The notes below the pieces were generated by a model. It searched no databases. It had not been told where the DNA came from and saw nothing but the letters and a program-made list of their open reading frames with translations. Below, piece by piece: positions 23,771 to 34,600 of a DNA stretch of 64,000 bases. The translations under genes were made by a program, and so were the position numbers. The stretch comes from Lama glama (taxonomy: Eukaryota). Positions within the stretch are counted from its first letter, which is position 1, and each line of letters starts with the position of its first letter. The stretch covers positions 35,094,001 to 35,158,000 of the forward strand of contig CM052817.1 of NCBI GenBank assembly GCA_028534125.1, written 5' to 3'.

Positions 23771-24299
23771 TTGTTGCTGTTGTCTGTGGAATAGTTAGTG
23801 GCCACGTGTCTCATGGTGCTTTTGGACCATAGAGCTTGTTACTGTGAATCCGGGGGCTTTGTCCTGTGTGCCCCGAGTGGGAGGCATTTCCCACCCGGCC
23901 CCCTGTAAGAACAACATCATGTCATTCTTTTGGCTGCAGGTATCTATTGCCTACTTTTTGGAAGTTGGGGGAAAGGATGGAAGTTTAAGACGAGATCAAA
24001 GAAGAGAAAATAACAACTACCTGTATTAGTGTTATTACCACAAACAGTGTATCACATGTGGGTTCATTTAATCCACATACCAAGCCTTGAAATGTGGGTG
24101 TTATTCCCACCATGACGTTTTTCCTCAGGAGACAGGATTCCTTAAGAGGAGTCACTGAAAAGAAGATAAAAACTATCCTGGTTTATCATGATTTGTGAGA
24201 TATTATTGGCTGGAGGGAATTTGAAGTTTTTAATTTTTTTCTGATGTCTTATGATACAAATGGACAGCTTCTATAATTATAAAGTGATTAATTAAACAT

Positions 24300-24760
24300 A
24301 AATGATGGATTAAAAAAAATCTTTGTTGAGCACCTGTTATGAACCTTGGTCCTATTCTAGTTGCTTGTTCTCATCAGTGAATAAAACAGGTGAAGATCCC
24401 TGCCCTCGTGGAGCTTGTTCTAGCTTGGCGAGAGATAGATAATAAATAATGCACATGATAGAGAATGAAATAAATGACTAGGATATTAGAAGCCAGAAAG
24501 ATTCTGGAAAAAAGAGAAAGTAAAGCCAAGTAAGGGTAACTGGGAATGCCAGGTAGGCGAGAGGACAGACTGCAGTGTTAAGTGAAGTGGCAGGGTCTCC
24601 CTTACGGAGGAGAGACAGGAATTCAGGGGTTAGCCCTGGCGTGTTCCTAGCAGAGGGAGCAGCTGATGCAAAGGCCCTGAGGAGGGAACATGGTGGGGCA
24701 TCCCAGGTGCAGCCAGGAGGCCAGTGAGCTGGAGCAGAGTGGGTGGGAAGGACAGGAGCA
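24300..24760 (-). mobile_element. L2 LINE 3' portion
   Basis: 'tttgttgagcacctgttatg...gatccctgccctcgtggagctt...tgcaaaggccctgagg...gaggccagtgagctggagcagagtg'. Confidence 0.85.
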
Positions 24761-24914
24761 CTGTCAGCTCCCGAAGAAATAATGCCATTTCCTTGATTTG
24801 GATACGTAAGAAAAGTTACCTTGTTTTCATCTTGTCTATCTGGTTTGTTCTAAATGTCTTTCCTCTGCAATTAAAATGCGCACATATACAATAAATACAT
24901 TACACCTCCTGCAC

Positions 24915-25352
24915 TCTGTTAGTACCTAGCGTTACTATAACAAAGAACCACAGACTGGGTGGCTTAAAACAACAACTGTGAGATGTATTGTCTCAACAGT
25001 TCTGCAGGCTGGAAGTCAAAAATCAAGGGAGGGCTACACTTCCTTGGAGACATATGAGGGGAATCCTTCCTGTTCTCTTTGGAGCTGGTAGTGGTGACCA
25101 TCCATCACTCCAGTCTCTGCCGCCATAGTCGTGTGACATTCTCCTATGTGTGTGCATCTTCGCATGGCCCTTCTTCCTCTTATGAGGACACCAGACATAC
25201 TGGATTAAGGGCCTAACCTACCCCAGGATGACCTCATCTTAACTATGACATCTGCAATCACCCTATTTCAAAATAAAGTCACATTCTGTGGCACTAGGGG
25301 GTTAGGAATTCTATGTATCCTTTTTTCAAGGGGGGCACATTCAGCCATAACA
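24915..25352 (-). mobile_element. MLT1B/C MaLR solo LTR
   Basis: 'taacaaagaaccacagactgggtggcttaaaacaac...ggctggaagtc...gacctcatcttaact...attcagccataaca'. Confidence 0.9.
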
Positions 25353-27171
25353 GCACCTTAAATAACAAACAACAGGCATTACTAGTCCTATCTTGCAAGT
25401 GGAGAAACAGGCTCAGGACGCTTATATGACTTGGCGAAGGTCAGAGCCCATAAGCAGAAGAGCCCGGCTGGTGTGATTTTATCATGGGCATGATCAGTGT
25501 TTTTATCAGTTCGATTCTGTCATGTGTTGGCAGTGATGTAAGGACGGAGGTGATGGGGAATTGCGCGGCTCGGGACAGGATTTCACACATACAACACTGC
25601 AGCCCTCATCCACCCTGCTTAACCCCAAGAGAGCTCAAACTGATGCTCTACCTTGGCATTCCTATCAGAGGGTAAATAGATGCCCCTTCTGTACCCCGCT
25701 CCCCATGTTGCACTTCATTCCACAGCGAGACAAACATAGGAAACAGATGCTTTTTTCCTCTTCTAGGAATTTTTCCAGAAAAACAATACTGTAGTTTCTG
25801 TGGCATGTAGAACATTTTGTGACAGGACCACACGTTTTTTTCTCACACAACATAGGAAAAAAGAGTGTGACTCTCCGAATCAGCTGGCATATTGCAGTAC
25901 AATTAGGGGAGTTTGAAAGCATTTAATATATTTTGCTTTCTCAGCATATCTAAACATTTCTCCTTGATACAAATCTTGTCTAGCCATTTGTGAAATCAAC
26001 ACTAGAACCTTATTTTAGGCTCTGTCTTGAAGGATACACTGAGGAAAGGAGGGATACAGCCAAACGGAACTGAACACTTGTGCGTGAGTCACAGTGAGGA
26101 GGGACATCCCTGGGCCAGGCTGCATGCATGAGGCCGCCAAAGGCAAGACTCCCAAAAGAATACCTGCATCTTGGTCAAGGAAGTCAGACGCTTAAAGTTA
26201 AGCATTAAGTCTAGGATGTGAGACCAAGCCACGGTTGGAAAAAATGTTGTAAGGTCAAAACCGGAAAAATTAGAGCTACATCAAGAAGCAGAGCGTGAGA
26301 CAAACTGAATGGTTCGGAAGTTGGCTGGGCGAGGGTTTGGGCGGCTTGTTTGTCCGTGGCCCTGACTGCACTGTGTGGGGCTGCAAGGGGGAGGACGAGG
26401 GTTAAGACTGGACAGTCTCACACCTGCTTTTGCCAAGTAGGATTGTTAGCCATCTTTTGTTGTTGTCACATAGTCTTGTAGTTTCTTTTCAAGTTCCCTT
26501 CTCTCTCCCTCTGTTGTCAGAATTTTTTTCTCCCTGATTTCCTGGGCTCTTCTTTCCACTGAATAGATGACCACTTTGGATCTGTGTGTCGAGGCATATG
26601 TTTTTCCTAGTATCAAAAAGAAGTGAGGAGAAAAACTGCCTCTCTCTCAAAGATGCTTCTGTTCTTTGTTAAAATTGATTTTCTTTGATCCTGAAAGCCG
26701 GTGGAAAGACCAAGGTCTTTGTATTTTGGTACTGAATTAAAATGACCTATAGCCTTTGTCTGATGTCCTCACTGTGGGAAGCCCACGCCCCAGAGCACAG
26801 CTCGATCGCACAGGTCTGCTGGGGCCCAGGGTTAGGAATCACGGGCGCACCCCCTCCACTTGTGGTCGTCTTGCTGGTGCTGGTAACTCCAGGCAAACAG
26901 TGGCTGCTCTTGCTGCTGCTGCAGGTGCCGATTGTGAGGGGCCAGCAAGTCAGGGGTCCCTGGTGAGAATGACTTCCCTGTTCCAGACTTTCTGGAAAAA
27001 AATGCTTTTTATAAGAAAGACCAAAAGGTGACAAATATTGCAACCTAGAGATCTATTTAATTTCCTTATCACGGCAGGATGGGCATAAAATCCTCCTTAT
27101 CTCCAGGTAGTGGTAGATTTGTTGAGCCATGAGAAATAGGCCTTTCATGAGAAAACATCTCACTATAAAAT

Positions 27172-27460
27172 ATTTTTTATTCAGGTGAAATGCACATAAC
27201 ATAAAATTAACCATGTTAAAGAGAACGGCTCAGTGGCGTTTAGTGCATTCACAAGATTATGTAACCACCACCTCTGTCTCGTCCCCAGACATGGTCATGA
27301 CCCCCAGATAAGACGTTCTACCCACAAAGCAGTTACTCCACATTTTTCCCTCCCTTCAACCCTTGGAAACCACCAATCCGCTTTCTGTTTCTATAGGTTT
27401 ACCTATTCTAGCCATTTCATATATATGAAATCATATAATATGTGACTTTCTGTGTCTGAT
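27172..27460 (-). mobile_element. L1MB-type 3' end
   Basis: 'ggtgaaatgcacataacataaaattaaccat...cagtggcgtttagtgcattcaca...ccaccaatccgctttctgtttctat'. Confidence 0.88.
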
Positions 27461-30400
27461 AAAACGTTGATTTTAAATTACAAGTAATTTCTTTTCTCCA
27501 TCTCCTCTTATCATTACGCTGGGAGAGCTGGGGTGTTAGAGGACTGTCAACAGCTCTCTAATTAGGACCTGAGAAAAACCTGCTGTACTTTCCTGGCTGG
27601 TGAGTTTCCCTTCATGAGACAGATGACAGTTTAGAATTAAGTTATTTAATTTGCAAGGATTTGAAAACTTCAGTTTTACCTTATTTCAGTCCTGTCCTGA
27701 GGCTCAATCTCCTCCGGCACCCTCTCCCCCAACCCTGACCTCCAGTTTATGTCTTGTCTAGCAGTCTGGACACCAATTTATCCCATTATCCAAATGAACC
27801 TGTAATTGATATTTTGGCATCGGGATACTAGGGATTATATTGCTGGCCTCAGCGACAAAGCATAATCTCCCCCCAGGGAGATAAATGATACCAGCCGTTG
27901 AAGATGAAAATTTAAGAAATACTTGACACTCTCCTCTGTTAAGGAGGCTGATCCCCGTCCCTCCTCCCTGCTCTCCCTGGTGAAAGAGAGGCTGCTCAGG
28001 GAGGGCTCTGGGATGCAGACAGCGGAGGCTTGAAATGAGATTCCTCTCTCCATCTGCCGGACGTAACCCAAGATGAGTTGCACAGATGAAGCTGGCAGAG
28101 AAATGGGGGGACTGGATGGCCAGCAAGGTTCTAAGCTTAGGGACCAAAATCCTAGTTAAATTCTTTTGCGGGAGCAAAAGTGCCTGCTGATGTAATAATG
28201 CAGAACCCAAGAAATCAATTGCTGTAGAGCTAATGGTTCAGTGAATGCAGCGTCTGTCAGTCTCTTTTCTGTAGGCCTCCTGGGAGCATTATTAACATGC
28301 TCTGTGGGACGACAGTTAAATACAGGACAAATTATGACTTGTCTCCATCCTTTGGTTATTATCATGTACTATTTTCTGTGCTACATGAGATTCAGTCATC
28401 AACTCTCTGCCCCAAGATATCTCTTCCAGGAGCCTGAAAATACTACTTTAGAGTGACTAGTGGGTTTGACAGTGTACAGCAGTCACAGGGAAGGGTGGGG
28501 CATTTTTGTTGGTTCCCCTCCTTTCCCTCCCTCCCTCCCACTGGCTCCCACAACCTCCCCACCCCCATCTCCCTCCCTTCGTTAACTTGGATGGAACCTG
28601 TTATGCGTGCCAGACGTTGTGCTGAGGGATAAGGATTTGAAATAAGACCCTGCCACGAAGGAGTTCCCACCACCCCTCCTTCTTGTCTTCTCCCCCTGCC
28701 TTCTGTTCTTCTGTTATTTGTCTGTCTCCCCTAGTAGGAAGTAGCTTCTAAAGGCCAGAGTCCTTCCTGCCTTTGAGCCTTTGAATCTAGCACTGCCCTA
28801 GCAGAACTTTATTGAATTGACTTCAATTGTGTAAGCAGATAACCGGATAAAATGCGATTAGTGATATTCCAGAGAGTTTTGCACTGAGTGCCTGGAAGCC
28901 CAAAGGGCAGAGTAAACAATGGCCACAGGGAGCCAGGGGGCCTCCCAGCGGTGTCACTGGAGCTGCTTGAAAGATGAGAAGGTGTTTGCCAGACAAACAA
29001 GGGGGGACACACAATCTCCAGGGGTCACACCTACCTGAATGTGTTTCTTGGGAGGGGCCCTTTGATCCTCTGAATCCTGCCCTTTCTTTCTTTAATGAAA
29101 CTTCAGGAAGTAACTACTTGATTTGCCAGTAGTTTTGGATCCAGCCCTGGGACGGTATCGAAAGGCATCTTTCTAGAAAGGTGACTCGTGGTGTTTCTTC
29201 TAGGGATTAAAGCCTAATCCAAACCCTAACCCCACGAAAAAAAAAAAAATTCTGTTTAATTCCTCACCCCTAAAATGCCACCTACTTTAATCTTCTTTCT
29301 CCTTATGGAATTAAGTTTCAGAAGTTAAAAGTTTCTTTTTCTAAATGGATTCGACTTGGAGCCAGGATTTCACTTCCATGATCCTCACTGTTACAACAAA
29401 GATACCTAGAGTGGCTCCGCTCCTCTGGAGGGGAGACTTACAGAGAGCCAGCAGGGAGACAGTTTCTGCTCCCAAGGAGCCTAGAATTGACACCAAAACA
29501 GGAAGCTAACATCAGCACGGAAATGCACCTCCTCTCCCAGTTACTATTAAAGCAGAGTCTTCCATGCACACAGAACTGACATTGAAACTTTTTGAAATCG
29601 ATGACTCTCATCCTGAACTGGTTAAGAAGCCCAAGGAACAGTGAGGAAAGCTATACTTACCACCAGAAGGTTTACCAGGAAAAGGGAAAAAGCATCTTTA
29701 GTCTAAACTTTACTGGCATGTATTTTAAGAAGCCACAGAAAGTCTGTTCTATGCAGAAAAATACTTCCAAAAGAAACATTTAAGACAGACCTTAAAAGTT
29801 TTATGTTAAGTATTTGGTTATATATACTCCCATATTTTAAGACATCTATCACTTTATTTTTATTTGTTCGTGATAAATTTTGGTGTTTGTGTGGGTCTTA
29901 AGAATTTTCTAGGACTGGAACCCCTATTTGATATTGCACAGACAAGAATATGGTTTACCACAGCTTGTCTTGCTTTCCTCATCTAGAAACAACTTAGTTC
30001 TTGAGTTGAGTAGCACCCGTAATAGGTAAGGTTGCTCCCCCAGACTCCCCCTCTTCTCTCTCTTCCCATCGTCCGCCCTGCTGTCCTTAAAAGACTTAAA
30101 ATTCAAATGCCAGATCTTCATAGTTCATTCTGACACCTGCCCCCTCTTCCCAGAAGTGGTTTTTTTTTTCCCTCCAAACATCCACAGCAGCTCACCGCTG
30201 TCACCTCTGCCTCCCCCTTTCTCCTCCACCCATGTATGCACACAGAACCTAACATTTTCTACCTGGATTGTATTTTTTGATAACTATCTCATATCTCCTA
30301 CTAAGTGATCCTTCCCTTGGAGTCAGTGATATTTTCTTTATGTCTTTATATCTCATCCCCTTCTCCTTCATCCCAGTACCTATCTCGACATAAAGCCATA

Positions 30401-30522
30401 CCAGATACTTGGTAATAATTCCCTGAATGGAGTCAGTGGATGGAATTTCAATCTAGATAAATGTATCAAGAATGACTGCATCCATTCCAGATGCCATCAT
30501 CCATGGCCTAAACCCTTAAACT

Positions 30523-30660
30523 ATCGTTTCCCAAAGTAAGTTCCATGAACAGTAATTCTGAAGAATGTTAAAAAAAAAATCCTTAAAATGTCTATGGTTA
30601 AATACTTTTGGGAAATTCTAAACAAAGTTAAACAGGATTCTTACTGTAGGACTTCTCAGA
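30523..30660. mobile_element. hAT-Charlie fragment (Charlie4a-like)
   Basis: 'gtttcccaaagt...aaacaaagttaaacaggattcttactgtaggacttctcaga'. Confidence 0.6.
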
Positions 30661-30679
30661 TTGTAGGCATTGGAATGGA

Positions 30680-31622
30680 GTTGTAGTTTCTGAAGTCTAA
30701 AATGAGGCAACAAGTCTGTGTTGCTTCTGGACACCTGAGGGGAGAATCCCTTTTCCTTGCCTTTTCTAGCTTCTAGAGACGTCCTGCTTTCCTTGGCTTG
30801 TGGCCTCTTCCTCCGTCTTCGAAGCCAGCCATGTGGTGGAGGAGTGAAAAATTTTCCCATTTTCCCTTTTTCCCTTCTAGGTTCTCTGGCTAGTCTAATA
30901 ATTAAGCTGCCAGGAGATAGATTAACAGGAGAAAAACAGATTTAATTTTGTATGTATGGGAGTCCCATAAAAGTATGAGACTCAGAGAAATAACCAAAGT
31001 AGGAAGCTTTTACCTCTTGGACAAAGATACAATAAATTTGTGACGAGTTGACAAAACAAAGAAGTTTGGGCTTGGAGTAATACATTAGTGAAGAAGTAAC
31101 AAGGTTTGTTTGTACAGCCTTCTTGGCTCTAAATTCTCTCTCTCTGGGATAATGATGCCTTCCACCCTGCTGGTACAGAGAGAGAGTACCTTTCAAATGG
31201 GAGACTTATTTCCCACTTTTAGCGGGGACACAGGAGGGTCAGAGCCTCCTGCTTGCACTAGCTGTATCCCAGGTAACTTGAATTCAGGATAGCCGGTATG
31301 CCAAAATGGCATGTTTTAGGGTGGCACATTCTCCTCTTTAGTAGCATCTTCTAATCTCAGTCTCTCTCTTCCTCTCTCTCTCTCTGACCCCTGCTTCTGT
31401 CATCACATCTCTTCCTGTGACCCCTGCCACTCTTGCCTCCTTCTTAAAAGGGTGGTTGTGATTGCATTGGGCCCACCTGGAAAATCCAGGCTAATCTTCC
31501 CATCTCAACATTCTTAACTTAATCACCTCTGCAAAGTTCCTTTGCCACGGAAGGTAATGTATTCACAGGTTCCAGGGATTAGAAAGTGGCCGTCTCTGGG
31601 GGCCGTTAGCCTGCCTGCCCCG
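30680..31622 (-). mobile_element. MLT1D-type MaLR LTR split by an ERV1 LTR insertion
   Basis: Left part 'gggagaatcccttttccttgccttttctagcttctagag' ends at 30836; resumes at 31341 'gtagcatctt...ttgggcccacctgg...ttcacaggttccagggattag'. Confidence 0.85.
30837..31340 (-). mobile_element. MER34/MER39-related ERV1 solo LTR
   Basis: Minus-strand start 'atgtgccaccctaaaacatgccattttggcata' is typical of the MER34 group; 4-bp TSD GTGG/GTAG. Confidence 0.8.
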
Positions 31623-34600
31623 GGACATGTCCTGCAGCAGCACTGCGACTGTTCAGGGAATAAGCCCTTCGGTCCTCGATGGAGAACTGGGTGGGATAGC
31701 CACCACCACCTATGACATTATTTCTAAGGGAAGATGAATTCTGAGTTGTGATATAAAACAAATTCACATCTGCGATACACAATCATGGAGAAACTGTGAA
31801 CTCTTTGTGTAGGGCCCTCAGCAATTATGACAATAAAGATTGCTAATGGCCTTCTTGCACCCAAATCTGCTTAAATCCTTCTCTCACAGTCCAGGTAGGT
31901 AGCCCTTGTTTTCATAGTATATCAGATGAATTTTGTGATAGAACTACCCACTAGGATCTTTTTTCCTTTCAGAGTTTTTCAAGACCTTTTAAACTGTATA
32001 TAAATATGAACCAATTATACATCATTTTGCAATGAGTTTACTCTTTGTTCAGCAAGGTACACTGGGCTGGCAGTCTTAATGTTAACCATGTCCTGCCCAC
32101 TGCCCCGTAGACTTCAGCAACATCTATCTGATACTACTGAGTAGGGCATGATACAAATGTTAAAATAGGAACATGGAGAAGGTTAATAATGTTTGAAGAC
32201 TTGTGGGAAGAGGTTGACCATGAGGAAGAGTAGAAAAATAAAACTAGAGGTGAAAAGAAAGCTGACCAAGAGATAGAAACATGAATTGAAGTCTATCATA
32301 TGTCATGTTTTAGAAGATTTTGGGGGAAAAACCCATACATATTGTCCTTGGCAGAGGAAACCAAGGAATTTAAGGAAACTATTTGAGTTCAAATAAGTAG
32401 AATGAGAGGACTTTTCCCCTAGTGTCAAAAAATTGGACTTCTTAAAAAATATAGGCATGAAAGATCTTGGAAATTCCACATAGAATCATCATATCAAACA
32501 TTAAGGGGGAGCAGTATAAAACTGAATAATACTAGCCTCCCTTCACCCCACACAGACTACACTATCTCAAAAGACAGTTCCTCCAGGGCCGGGACAAGGC
32601 CTGATTAATCCTTGGGTCCCCAGCCCTCAAACATAGTTTGGCCTATTGTCATAATGTTTCTTGATCACCAAGTAAAATGACTGCAGAGTTAGTCCCTTCC
32701 TGCATATTGATTCATTTGGAAGAAATTATGTTTTAAAAAACCGACAAGAGAAGGGGTGTATGAGAAAAGAAATAGAGTATGGTTTGTTGAGATTTTCAAA
32801 TGACATGTCTAGAGATTTTTTCATTCCCAGATTGTTCATTTCACTACAGTTACACTAAAGTTTTCCACCCCCGCCCCCCAAAAAATTCAGTTATCAGTAG
32901 AGAACAACAAAAGTGTATTGAGATTCAGATGTTGATATTGGGTTATGAGAATCATTCTTCAACTAAATTGCATATTGTTACTTGTATGCCCACTCTTGTG
33001 TGCATAATCTCAGGGAATCACTTTGCAAGTGATCGCGTTGGCAAGTGCTAAATCAAAGAATGCTTATAGGCGACTATGTTTTATTTAGAAGATTAGGAAG
33101 AAGAGTTTATATATTTTTTTGTATTCCAATAGTGGAGCATTCTCTATATCCTTCCTCTGTTGAGATGGTAAATTTGCTGAGGACAGATTATGACTTCTTA
33201 TGCTGCTTTTTTCTACCCCTAGTTTGTGTAGTTCAATGTTGTGGGCTTCATGGGCACTCAGTAAGTAGTAGAGGACTTGGATCAAATGGAAAAATATACC
33301 AATATGAGCACTGTAAAGGTCGGCGTGGGTAGCGTAGAATGATTTAGAAACATATTCTCACATACAGTGACTTATATTGACCTATTTTCCCAGTTCTTTA
33401 TTTAACATTCCACAATCAGATGGGTAGATTATAAAAGATAAATTGACAGGTGGTGCTTTGCAGTGTACAATGGAAATAGATCCTACAAAGGAAAGCATGT
33501 AACTGATTTCAGGTGGGTCTAACAGAGGACATTTGTAAGTCAGTCCCAGGAAACTGCATTCAGAAGCAACATTGTGGTATTCACAGCAGTATGACAGTGG
33601 TAACTAACAAAAAGTAGTGTAACGTCAAAATGTCAAAACGTCCAGTTCTTCAGTGATGACAGAATTTAAGGTTACCACTGACAGAGTAATGAAGCTGAGG
33701 AAGCAGCTAAGAGATACATAAAAGGGATCAAAATTGAATAAGGAACTGTTAATATTATACCTTATGTTTCAGTGATAAGCGAAGTGAAAAGTAAAAACCA
33801 TGGGAAATAGGGATAATTCTCTGACAGTGGATTAACCTCCTCCAGTGGTTTGACCATCTTGGATAAATCTGGACAAGTCTAAATAAAGAGATAACACTGA
33901 TGTTGAGACTGTAAATTATCATACCGATAAATTCAATAACCGTAAGAGAGAGGGATGGAAGTAATAACTTTAGAGACTTCTGTTGTAATGTTTTTAATAA
34001 AAGGTGTAAGAAAAGTATTCAGTTTCATCTTTCTGCTTGAGATTTTTCATAGGTGATGAAATAGCCATGAAAAGGCTGTTTTGAGTTTAAGGAAATACTT
34101 CATTCTGTGATATAGAAGTAGGGAGGATATGTGACTTGCTTAATACAGCCGCTGTGCTGGGATATGGGAGTTTCAAAGCATAGAAGGAAGCATGGTCAAA
34201 GCATGGCTATAAATTTGTAGGGGAAAGATGCATGAGTACTTCATAGCAAAATGTGATAAGAAACCGCTGATAAAAACATACAAACTACAAATTGTAGATC
34301 CACAGTTGAAAGTTTATGGAAATGCAGAAAAATGAATGCTTCAAAAATGTGATTGGTATTTGAAAAAGGTTAAAAAAAAGAAAAAAATATATATGGCATT
34401 ATGGTAGTAAGACAATTCAGGTGATGACTTACATCAAGTGGGAAGATGGATGCCAAAGGAACCTATGGGCATAAGCTAGAAAATCTCATGGAATTTAATT
34501 TTTCTAAAGAAACAGAACTTAAAACAGAAGTGTGTTATATCTGGCAAAGCAGGAGGATAAAAATTGACCTTATTATCAATATAAATGTTTCAAAAATTAT

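Noticed and set aside
27758..28210. 150-aa minus-strand ORF
   Set aside because: No recognisable homology or convincing splice context; compatible with chance
29213..29233. Telomere-like CCTAATCCAAACCCTAACCC
   Set aside because: Only one or two true units; not an interstitial telomeric array
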